Shown piece after piece: positions 9,445 through 17,862 of a stretch of DNA of 64,000 bases. Position 1 is the first letter of the stretch, and the number at the start of each line of letters is the position of its first letter. The position numbers and the translations under genes are program-made. The notes under the pieces are model-generated. The model searched no databases, was not told the origin of the DNA, and worked only from the letters and a program-made list of their open reading frames with translations. Origin of the DNA: an uncultured Planctomycetaceae bacterium (lineage in GTDB: Bacteria > Planctomycetota > Planctomycetia > Planctomycetales > Planctomycetaceae); assembly GCA_963815195.1 (NCBI GenBank), contig CAWFGE010000007.1, positions 224,001 through 288,000 of the forward strand. The letters are read 5' to 3'.

Positions 9445-11139
9445 TCATTCGCTTTTGTCCAAACTCCGTTTGCGGACCGCGACGAGGGCCAGGTCATCTT
9501 CGTAAACCGTCTTCCAGCCCAGGTGGCCGCGCAGCGCCCGGTGCAGATCCTGTTGCAGTTCTTTGTGGACAATGATCGTGTTGATGCGGTACTTCTCCAA
9601 CAGCGACTCCAGCCGGACATCGCCGCGGGAGATTTTGAGATAGTCCTGCCAGACCCGCGGCGGAACCACGTGCACCGCGTTGGTGGTCATCATCACCTGC
9701 AAGTCCTTTGGCCCGTCCCACACCAGCCAGTCTCCCCACCATTGCGGGTTGGCGACTAAACCTTCCGGCGGATGTTCGCGAAAGTATTTCGTCACGCCCA
9801 ACGGCGTTTGCGAGTGATAAAGCTGATCCGCCGACCGCTCCGGCCCGCCTAGGACAAACCGGCTCGTCGGCGAAAACACAAACGCCAGCCAGATCGCAAG
9901 CCCCCCGAACATCGCCCGCCGGGTCGAGCCGGCACAAGCCCAGCCGCGGTATTTCTCCGCCTGCCGGGAAAACGCCGCCGCGAGCCGGTCCCGCACGTCC
10001 TTCCCATGCGGAGCGAGCACCAGAATCCACACCGGGGCGTACCAGGCGACCATCCGGGTTCGCATGCAAACCGCCAGCGTGAACACCGCCAGGAGAAGCA
10101 CATCCGCCGCGGCGATGCGGGCCCGGCTATGGCGGAAAAGAACCAGCAGCAGAATCCACGAAGCCCCCACGGTGATGCCTTCGAGCGAAATCATCTCCAA
10201 AGAGTACCATTCCATGATGTCCTTCAAGTTGGGATTTGAAGGAAAGAGCGCGGTGTTGATGAGCAGATCCATTCCGTACGGATTGACGAGCGTTGCGAGC
10301 ACCGCGAGTTCCGTCGCCCACAGCCAGCGATGAAATTCGCGATCCCGCAATACCGACATCAAAGACTGCTCGCGCCACAGCACTTCAATCGCCCGCCCCA
10401 ACGCATAACAGCCCAAAACGGCAAAGCCCACGACAAACGAACCGTGCAAGTTGGCCCACGCCGCGAACACGACGGGCACGCCCAGCCAAAACACGAGCTG
10501 ATCCCAGCGGGTCCAGCGCGTGTTTTCGGGAGTGGGTTCGGACGTCATGCGACGCCGGCGGGAGTCGGACCGCACAACCAGCCATAAGACCAAAGCAAAG
10601 CACACGCCCCCGAACATTTCCGGGCGAATCACGGCATGCCGGCCCCAATTCACGCCCCAGGCCAAAAACGAACCGAGAACGCTCAAACCCACGCTGGAGG
10701 TTTGCAGATAGATCACGCGGGCCAGGATCAGATACGTCAACGTCATCGAAATGGCGAATACCGTGGAATAAGCTTCGACGCCGCCCCAGCGGCCGGCTTG
10801 AGCCAACACGACTTGCCCCAGCCATGCCGTGTCCACAACCCGCATACCTTCGGCCAGCGACACAAACGGCTCGTCCGTGGGCAAGACCTGATGATCCAAA
10901 ATCCAATTGCCGTAGGCGATGTGCCCCCAGATGTCCGAATAGAACAAGCGGAGGTAGTTGCAAAACAAGAAGAACAAGCAGAACGCGAGCACCGCCCCCA
11001 GATGCCGCCAGTCCCAAAGGAAAAGCCGCTGCCAACGATTGGGCTGTTCGTCCGAATGCTCCGCGTCGACCGGTTCGGTCGCGGCGGATTCTTCGAGGGT
11101 GCGAGCGTGGACAAGGGGTTCTTCAAGCGTCTGGGACAT
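9445..11139 (-). CDS. Polytopic membrane protein, putative GT-C glycosyltransferase
   Basis: SDIWGHIAYG after TM1, plus RPEMFG, WANLHGSF and NPYG. Many TM segments and a C-terminal soluble domain (WGDWLVW ... LEKYRINTIIV). Confidence 0.72.
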   Translation of the reverse strand: MSQTLEEPLVHARTLEESAATEPVDAEHSDEQPNRWQRLFLWDWRHLGAVLAFCLFFLFCNYLRLFYSDIWGHIAYGNWILDHQVLPTDEPFVSLAEGMRVVDTAWLGQVVLAQAGRWGGVEAYSTVFAISMTLTYLILARVIYLQTSSVGLSVLGSFLAWGVNWGRHAVIRPEMFGGVCFALVLWLVVRSDSRRRRMTSEPTPENTRWTRWDQLVFWLGVPVVFAAWANLHGSFVVGFAVLGCYALGRAIEVLWREQSLMSVLRDREFHRWLWATELAVLATLVNPYGMDLLINTALFPSNPNLKDIMEWYSLEMISLEGITVGASWILLLVLFRHSRARIAAADVLLLAVFTLAVCMRTRMVAWYAPVWILVLAPHGKDVRDRLAAAFSRQAEKYRGWACAGSTRRAMFGGLAIWLAFVFSPTSRFVLGGPERSADQLYHSQTPLGVTKYFREHPPEGLVANPQWWGDWLVWDGPKDLQVMMTTNAVHVVPPRVWQDYLKISRGDVRLESLLEKYRINTIIVHKELQQDLHRALRGHLGWKTVYEDDLALVAVRKRSLDKSE

Positions 11140-11223
11140 AATCAAACTTTCGTCGAATCGCCGTGCGCGATGATGTGGATTTCGCCGGGTTTAAATTCCA
11201 ATGTCAGTCGTTCCAAAAGGCCT

Positions 11224-11293
11224 GAGCCGCGCACGAAGTAAGCGGTCTTGCGTTGTCTGAAGCTCTGAAAACCGCTTACTTCGTGCGCGGCTC
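11224..11293. repeat. REP/REPIN-like doublet, family A, copy 2 (inverted relative to copy 1)
   Basis: Same 23-bp arms. The reverse-complemented spacer tttcagagcttcagacaacgcaag nearly matches copy 1, and the aggc.ttttggaa..actga flank is also shared. Confidence 0.9.
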
Positions 11294-11364
11294 TCGAAGA
11301 CCAAACCAGTTTCTTGAGCTTTTTTGGAAGTGCTGCATGCCGAATTTGCAAATTGGTTCAGTGC

Positions 11365-12399
11365 TTAGGTTTTGAGCATGGGGATTGGGGGCATCGGGGT
11401 TTGTTTCGGATTTCGAGATTCGAATTTCGGATTTTCCTCGCCGAGGTTTCGCGTGCGGTCCACGAGGAATTGCGGGCGGGCGCGGACCTGGTCATAGATT
11501 CGCACCACATATTCGCCGAGGATCGCCACGCCCATCGAATTGATCGCGCCGAAGAACGAGGCGGTGATGAGGCCGGACGTCCAACCGGGGATCGCCTCGT
11601 AGGTGATCCATTTCTTGTAAAGGGCAAAACTGATGACGCCTGCGCAGCACAGCCAGGACACGAGGCCGATGACGTAAAACAGCGTCAACGGCACGCGGGA
11701 AAAGGAGAAGATCGCGGTCTTGGCCAATCGGCACAGGCCCCAGAACGAAACCCGCGGCTGCTCATCGTGCCGGGGCAAGCGTTCGACCTCCACGCCCAAC
11801 TGCCGATAGCCCACCCAACCCCGGAGCCCCGGGAAGAAGCGGTCGGTGTCGGAGAGTTTGAGGATGTCATCCGCGACCCGGCGGTCGATCAGCCCGAAGT
11901 TCCCCGCGTCTTTGGGGATCGGCGTCTCCGCGATAAAGTTGAGCACCCGGTAAAACGCCGAGAACAACCCCCGCTTGACCGCGTTCTCCTTGCGTTTGGT
12001 CCTGACGGCATAGATCACGTCGTATCCCGTTTCCCACAAATCGAGAAACGTGGAAATCGCGCCCGGGTCATCCTGAAAATCGGAATCCATCACGACGATC
12101 GCATCGCCCGATGCATGCGACAGGCCCGCATGGAGCGCCGCCTGATGCCCGAAGTTCCGCGTGAGATGCACGACGGCGACTTCGGGATGCCGGTCGGCGA
12201 GCTCCTCCAGAATGGCTTCGGTCTGATCGGTGGAGCCGTCGTTGACGAAGATGACTTCGTACGAGCCGCCGATGTCTTCCATTTTTTGGCGGAGGGCCTC
12301 GGTCAACCGCTCGAGCACCTGGGCCTCGTTGAAGACCGGCAACACCAGCGACACCAGCGTTTCAAATTGTGAACGAGCATCTCGCGTGGGTGCCAACAT
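11365..12399 (-). CDS. GT2 polyprenol-phosphate glycosyltransferase (ArnC/GtrB/YkoT-like)
   Basis: SLVLPVFNE, VNDGSTD, RNFGHQAA, MDSDFQDDP and RFFPGLRGWVG. Two C-terminal TM helices followed by GEYVVRIYDQVRARP. Confidence 0.9.
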   Translation of the reverse strand: MLAPTRDARSQFETLVSLVLPVFNEAQVLERLTEALRQKMEDIGGSYEVIFVNDGSTDQTEAILEELADRHPEVAVVHLTRNFGHQAALHAGLSHASGDAIVVMDSDFQDDPGAISTFLDLWETGYDVIYAVRTKRKENAVKRGLFSAFYRVLNFIAETPIPKDAGNFGLIDRRVADDILKLSDTDRFFPGLRGWVGYRQLGVEVERLPRHDEQPRVSFWGLCRLAKTAIFSFSRVPLTLFYVIGLVSWLCCAGVISFALYKKWITYEAIPGWTSGLITASFFGAINSMGVAILGEYVVRIYDQVRARPQFLVDRTRNLGEENPKFESRNPKQTPMPPIPMLKT

Positions 12400-12504
12400 C
12401 CCGCTGTCCTGTGTGTCGGGTCAGTTGATGGGAAAGGAAAGGGACGTGTGCCGTGTGATCTTTTGCTACAAACATACCTCAAAAATCACCCGGGAAACCC
12501 GTAG

Positions 12505-12521
12505 CAGCAATCGCTGTTCCA
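12505..12521 (-). promoter_or_regulatory. Putative sigma-54 (-24/-12) promoter for the leftward GT operon
   Basis: Minus strand reads TGGAACAGCGATTGCTG: GG-N10-GC, close to consensus TGGCAC-N5-TTGCW, about 105 bp upstream of the 12399 start. Confidence 0.7.
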
Positions 12522-12574
12522 TTGCATGCTATGCTTGTGCGGAAACGGCCATCAGGGCGTGCGGATTGTGCGGT

Positions 12575-12592
12575 TCGGCACGATCTTCGCAA
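12575..12592 (+). promoter_or_regulatory. Putative sigma-54 promoter for the 12640 gene
   Basis: TCGGCACGATCTTCGCAA: GG-N10-GC with a GGCACG core, about 50 bp upstream of a TTG start preceded by GGAGG. Confidence 0.65.
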
Positions 12593-12639
12593 TTCTTTTT
12601 TCCAAAGGCCGACCGGCGCGCTAATCGGAGGAAACACCG

Positions 12640-14271
12640 TTGAATTCATTCCCACCGCCTGAAGGAGTGCGCAAACGGCACAGCGCGTTGATGGCGGCCG
12701 GGTTTTTGGCGGTCGTCACGTATTCCGTCCCGTTGTTCGTGCGGATGCCGCTGACGAACGACGCCCAAATGTACGATCTCCAGGTGCGGCTCCTCGCCAA
12801 CGGCGGCACGCTGTACCGCGACATTCTCGAACCGAATCTGCCGGGCGTGGTGTGGATTCAATCACTCGTCCGCACCGCCTTGGGCTGGTCGTCCGATGTG
12901 CTCCGGGGGTTTGATCTTTTGGTCTTCGCGGGCGTGCTCTTTCTCGTGGACCGCTGGTTTCGGGCTTTGAATTGGTCCACGGCCGGGCGGTTCGGATTGC
13001 TCACGGTCTGCTGGGTGTTTTACGTTTCGCAGTCGGAATGGTGCCATTGCCAGCGGGATAGCTGGCTGTCGTTGCCCGTCTTGTCCGCCCTCGCCTGCCG
13101 GCGGCATCTGGTGGAAACGATGGAAACGAAAAAATCATCGCGGATTTTCGCCTGTGCGTTCGGCGAGGGGATCTTTTGGGGGCTGGCGGTGTGGCTGAAG
13201 CCGCACATTCTGATTCCCGCCGCGCTGGTTTGGGGCGTGTTTCAATGGCTCAATCGGCCGGGAATGCGGGTTCTTTGGGATCTCGCGGGAATGCTGATTG
13301 GCGGATTGATCGTGGGCGGCTTTGGGAGCCTTTGGATGATTCAAGCCGGCTGTTGGGAACCCTTTTGGCAAACCATGCGGGAGTGGAACCCCCGCTATTT
13401 CGCCGCCGGCCGGGAACATTGGACGCTGCCCCGTCTCGCCGCGATGATCTGGCGGCTGTCGCCTTGGATCTTCGTGCACATTCCCGCGGCGGTGATCGCC
13501 GTGCGGTCGCTGCTAAAGGCCGGGCGATCCGCAAAACCCGATCGGCCCGCGGTTCTCCAAGCCATGCTGGCGGCGTGTTATCTCGGTTGGACCGTCCAGG
13601 CGTTTTTGCTTCAGCACCTGTTCGATTACATCCATGTTCCGCCGATGTTCCTGGCGATTTTGATCGTCGCGGTTCCGCTGCAAAAAACTCTCGGGTCGGC
13701 TTGGGGTCGGCCGCTCGCCGTTTCGCTGGCGGTGTTGATTATTTTGGCTTCGCCGATGTTTCGGCCCGGCCGGGCTGAACTCTGGCAAACCTGCCTGACG
13801 ACCAAAGCGAACCCGCAGCTTTATTCCGAGTTGGCGGTGCTGCCGAATCCCGATTGGCAGGATCTGGATCGGGTGGCGCGGTTTCTCGCGAAGCAAAAGC
13901 CCGCCTCCGGGGACGTGTGCTGTTTTCACAGCGATCTGGTCTCGTTGTACAACCGCTTGGGCCTGTTGCCGCCGACGCGGTTTGTATACGTCCAGGAAAC
14001 GCTGATATTTTTCCCCGACCGCCAGGAGCAAATCCTGGATCGCCTGCGGGCGTCATCGGCTCGGTTTGTGGCGACGGACATGCGGAGCGCCCGCCTGACA
14101 CCGGAGCAAATCGACCGCCTCGTGTCCCCGGCGTACCAACACGCGCTGCAACAGCCGGCCTCGAAGCCGAGGCCTTATCCTTGGGGCGATCCCATTGTGT
14201 TTCGTTCGGGGAACTATCTGGTGCATCGCGTGCGCCGCTTAGAGCCTATCCGAAAACCTCATTCTCCATAG
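12640..14271 (+). CDS. Polytopic membrane protein, putative GT-C glycosyltransferase
   Basis: TNDAQMYD after TM1, plus LYRDILEPNLPG, QRDSW and WLKP. About 11 TM segments and a C-terminal soluble domain. GGAGG RBS. Confidence 0.68.
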   Translation: MNSFPPPEGVRKRHSALMAAGFLAVVTYSVPLFVRMPLTNDAQMYDLQVRLLANGGTLYRDILEPNLPGVVWIQSLVRTALGWSSDVLRGFDLLVFAGVLFLVDRWFRALNWSTAGRFGLLTVCWVFYVSQSEWCHCQRDSWLSLPVLSALACRRHLVETMETKKSSRIFACAFGEGIFWGLAVWLKPHILIPAALVWGVFQWLNRPGMRVLWDLAGMLIGGLIVGGFGSLWMIQAGCWEPFWQTMREWNPRYFAAGREHWTLPRLAAMIWRLSPWIFVHIPAAVIAVRSLLKAGRSAKPDRPAVLQAMLAACYLGWTVQAFLLQHLFDYIHVPPMFLAILIVAVPLQKTLGSAWGRPLAVSLAVLIILASPMFRPGRAELWQTCLTTKANPQLYSELAVLPNPDWQDLDRVARFLAKQKPASGDVCCFHSDLVSLYNRLGLLPPTRFVYVQETLIFFPDRQEQILDRLRASSARFVATDMRSARLTPEQIDRLVSPAYQHALQQPASKPRPYPWGDPIVFRSGNYLVHRVRRLEPIRKPHSP

Positions 14272-14273
14272 TC

Positions 14274-14335
14274 ACCCGAAGCGCCAGCGAGGGAATACAA
14301 AGGTTTTACAAACCCTTGCTTGCGCTGCTGCGGGT
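14274..14335. repeat. Degenerate REP-like doublet (family D)
   Basis: acccgaagcgccagcgaggg ... cccttgcttgcgctgctgcgggt, an imperfect inverted repeat just after the 14271 stop. Confidence 0.6.
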
Positions 14336-14355
14336 TAGTTTTCGAATAAGCACTA

Positions 14356-14421
14356 ATGATTTTGTGCCCCATGAATTTGTTGTTTGGATTTGGACTACAA
14401 AATCATGGGGTACAGAATCAT
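14356..14421. repeat. AT-rich palindromic element (family E)
   Basis: atgattttgtgccccatgaattt ... aaaatcatggggtacagaatcat, an imperfect 23-bp inverted repeat. Confidence 0.7.
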
Positions 14422-14531
14422 GACGCAGCGAAGCCGCAACCGACGTCGCGGCGGCATCTTGCCGCCGTGACTTTACTCAACCTGTAAGCCGTTGGGTGGC
14501 TGGGGCGGAAATTCCCCTTGGAATAAGCCTT

Positions 14532-14803
14532 GAATTGCGAATGCTGGGGCTGTGGCCGGGCGAGAAAAATCTCACACGGCCCCAGCCCTCAAATTCCCTG
14601 TGTCCTTGGAACATTCCTTTGCGCCCCAGCCACCCCCCCCCAGGCATGTGGTCTAGCTGACTTTGGAATTGCGAATGCTGGGGCTGTGGCCGGGCGAGAA
14701 AAATCTCACACGGCCCCAGCCCTCAAATTCCCTGTGTCCTTGGAACATTCCTGTGCGCCCCAGCCACCCCCCGCCCGCCGGCATGTGGTCTAGCTGACTT
14801 TGG
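14532..14803. repeat. Tandem duplication of a ~134-bp unit containing gctggggc/gccccagc palindromes and the activator gene's last codons
   Basis: Units 14532-14665 and 14666-14802 are near identical and both end in ggcatgtggtctagctgactttg. An upstream gggtggctggggcg (14494) pairs with cgccccagccaccc. Confidence 0.9.
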
Positions 14804-16202
14804 CGGGATGGGATTGGAGGATCCCCAGCCGCCGGAGTTTCTTATAAAGACCGACCCGGCTCAAACCCAGCGCTTTCGCGGTGGCGGTGCGGTTGTTGTC
14901 GTGGGCCCTGAGGGCTTCCTGGAGCATTTCCTTTTCGCTTTGGGCCACGCGGTCGGAGAGTGTCCAGCTATTCCGCGAAACGCCCGCGTCGGGGGACTCG
15001 GCCGATTCGCAAAACTGGGCGCGGAGAATGGCGGGCGAGAGATCGTTCATCGTCAGCTCGCCGTTCTCGCAAAACAGCACGGCCCGGCGGATATGGTTTT
15101 TGAGTTCGCGGATGTTGCCCGGCCAGGCATAACGCTTAAGCGCATCCAGAAAACCTTCGTGGACCGTGCGAATCTCGATTTCGTGCTGCCCGCTGAACTC
15201 CTGGACGAAACCCATCGCCAAGGGCACGATGTCGAGCGGCCGGTCCTTGAGGCAAAGCAGCGGGAACTCGAGCACGTTCAGGCGGTAATACAAGTCGGCC
15301 CGGAACTTGGCGTTCTCGGTGAGGCCTTCCAGGTTGACGTTGGACGCCACGACCAGCCGGGCTTCGGAGAATTTCGTTTCCGTCGAGCCGACCATTTCGT
15401 ATTCGCCGGTTTCGATCACGCGGAGCAACTTGGCCTGCTGCTTGGGGTCGAGGACGTCGATTTCATCGAGGAGCAGCGTGCCGTGACCCGCGGCTTGGAA
15501 GCGTCCCATTTTGTTGCGGTCGGCTCCGGTGAAGGCTCCGCGGGCGTGGCCGAAGAGTTCGCTTTCGATGAGGTCCGCCGGGAGTGCGCCGCAAGCCAGA
15601 GTTTGGAACGGCCGGTCGCGGCGGGGCGAGCGATGATGGATGAACTTGGCCAGCGTGGTTTTGCCCGTGCCGGTCGCGCCGATGATGAGCAACGTCACAT
15701 CCCGGTGGGCCACGCGGAGCAAGTTGTCCAGGACGGGAAACATGGCCGGCGTGAACGTCGAGATTTCCACGTCCCCGGCTTCGGTCACAAACCGGCGGGG
15801 CACGGGCTGGGCTCGGCGGGACTCCAAGACCGCTCGGAGCGAATCGATCAGATCTTCGGATTTTTCCCAATCTTCGTCCGCGGGAAGTTTGACCTGCGTC
15901 GTCAAATCCGCGAGCGCCGCCGCCTCGACGGGCAAACTCTGATCCTGCACCGCGAGCACATTCAGGGCGGGGAATTGCTCCTGAATCACCCGGTTCAGAA
16001 ACGCCGCCGGAGCCCGGCAATCCGAACCGGTCCGCAGGTCCAACAGGACGGTGGGTAGGGATTGGCCTGAAATCTGCTTAAAGGCGGTTTCCGAGTCCTC
16101 CGCCCGAACCGTACGGCAATCCAACGAACCCGCGAAAAACTCCTGAATGCGGTCGAACAATTCAACATCATGAGTCAAAACAACGCATTCGTTACCCATC
16201 AA
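14790..16202 (-). CDS. Sigma-54-dependent enhancer-binding protein (AAA+, Fis HTH) with atypical N-terminal receiver-like domain
   Basis: GATGTGKT Walker A, ESELFGH..GAFTGA, LLDEI, FRADLYYRLNV, WPGNIREL and C-terminal TAKALGLSRVGLYKKL. Confidence 0.95.
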   Translation of the reverse strand: MMGNECVVLTHDVELFDRIQEFFAGSLDCRTVRAEDSETAFKQISGQSLPTVLLDLRTGSDCRAPAAFLNRVIQEQFPALNVLAVQDQSLPVEAAALADLTTQVKLPADEDWEKSEDLIDSLRAVLESRRAQPVPRRFVTEAGDVEISTFTPAMFPVLDNLLRVAHRDVTLLIIGATGTGKTTLAKFIHHRSPRRDRPFQTLACGALPADLIESELFGHARGAFTGADRNKMGRFQAAGHGTLLLDEIDVLDPKQQAKLLRVIETGEYEMVGSTETKFSEARLVVASNVNLEGLTENAKFRADLYYRLNVLEFPLLCLKDRPLDIVPLAMGFVQEFSGQHEIEIRTVHEGFLDALKRYAWPGNIRELKNHIRRAVLFCENGELTMNDLSPAILRAQFCESAESPDAGVSRNSWTLSDRVAQSEKEMLQEALRAHDNNRTATAKALGLSRVGLYKKLRRLGILQSHPAKVS

Positions 16203-16292
16203 GACCTGACTCCCACAATTTTACAACGTAGAATTGAACTGGTGCGTTTGTCGTTTCCGCATGGCCCGCGGGGGATCGCGGTGGATGCCCTG

Positions 16293-16310
16293 GGGCAAAT
16301 GCCGAGCCAA
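16293..16310 (-). promoter_or_regulatory. Putative sigma-54 promoter upstream of the activator gene itself
   Basis: Minus strand reads TTGGCTCGGCATTTGCCC: GG-N10-GC with TTGC, about 95 bp upstream of the 16202 start. Confidence 0.62.
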
Positions 16311-16699
16311 TTTCGCGGATGCGGATGGAAACACGACTGATGCCCTGGGGGATCAGCCCGTTTCAGGGTGGTGACAATTCCTAGAATTTCATGATGTTCG
16401 TGGCCCCAGACCGTTTGCAAGAAAATCCTTAATAATTCGTAGGGAAATCCATGGGAGCGTCGCCGGCCGGCGTGATGTTGACCGTTTTCAACACGCAACC
16501 CCCCGACGTTTCGAGATCGAAGCGCTCGCGGGGTTTTCGGGAAGCGATTGCAAAGTCCGCAAATTGTTCCTTTTCGACAAAACCTTTTGTGTGCTCGATG
16601 GTTTGCAGTGGTTATCGATGACAACCGTTAGCGCCATCGCAAGTTGCCACCACCATCCCTGACGTGCCGACCGTTTTGAATCCTTCCGGGAGTTGTTTG

Positions 16700-17862
16700 A
16701 TGCCCGATTTGTCTGTGATCGTCCCCACCTTTTGTGAAGCCGAAAACCTGCCGGAGCTTGTGTCGCGGATCGACGCCGCGTCGCGGGAAGCCGGGATCGA
16801 TGCCGAGATTCTCGTGGTGGACGACAACAGCCCGGATGAAACGCGGGCCGTCTGTGCGGAGCTGGCCGCGCGGTTTCCGCTGCGGTTGATCGTTCGCACC
16901 ACCGAGCGCGGATTGGCCAGTGCCGTGGTCGCGGGGATGAACCAAGCGCGGGGCGAGGTGCTGTTGTGTCTCGACGCCGACTTGTCCCACCCGCCGGAAA
17001 AAATCCCCGAACTTTACCGCGCACTCGCCGATGGCGGCGGTCAGGCGGATTTTGTCATGGGCAGCCGGTATGTCGCGGGCGGCGGCACCGATGAGGATTG
17101 GGGCTGGTTCCGCTGGATCAATTCCCGCGTGGCCACCTGGTTGGCGCGGCCGTTAACCCGCGTCAGCGACCCGATGGCGGGGTTTTTCGCCTTGAAGCGA
17201 ACCGATTTTGAACGCGCGGAGGAACTGGACCCCATCGGCTTCAAAATCGCCTTGGAACTCATCGTCAAATGCCGGTGCCGGCACGTCGCCGAGGTGCCCA
17301 TCCAATTCCACGACCGCAAGCACGGAGAAAGCAAACTCAACCTCCGCGAGCAGGTCAACTATCTTCGGCACCTGAACCGCTTGTACGCCCACCGCTACAA
17401 AAATCTCACGTGGTTCGTGCTGTTCGGTCTTGTGGGGCTGACCGGGTTCGGGATCGACCTGGCGCTGTTTTATTTGCTGCTCCAGGTCCTGCCGGTGGAG
17501 TCGGCCGGGCGCTCGCGATTTGGGGCGCGATGAGTTGGAACTATGTGCTCAACCGCACGATCACGTTTCGCAACACGCCGCGGAAGCCCTGGTTCCGGCA
17601 GTATGTCGCCTTTTGCGGGAGTTGTTTGTTGGGCGGCGTGTTCAATTGGATGACGCGCGTGGGCCTGGTCACGGGCTCGGCGTACTTTGCCGGCCACCAG
17701 CTGCAAGCGGCCGCCGTGGGCGTAGCCGCGGGCATGATCTCGAACTTCCTGCTCTGCCGGTTTTTCGTGTTCTCGTCGCCGGAAGCCGTCTTCGGCCCGC
17801 CGGTCTCAAAACTGTCGGCCCGTCCCACGGAACGCCTCGCCCAAACCGGGAGCCAGCTATAG
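16700..17862 (+). CDS. Dpm1/Ppm1-like polyprenol monophosphomannose synthase-type GT2 fused to a GtrA flippase-like domain (one frameshift near 17503)
   Basis: SVIVPTFCEAENL, VDDNSPD, DADLSHPPE, DPMAGFF and GESKL, then FGLVGLTGFGIDL, continuing in the next frame as NYVLNRTITF ... SNFLLCRFFVF (GtrA). Confidence 0.85.

Noticed and set aside
16535..16555. Sigma-54 promoter for the 16700 GT2-GtrA gene (GGGAAGCGATTGC)
   Set aside because: GG to GC spacing is 9 rather than the required 10.
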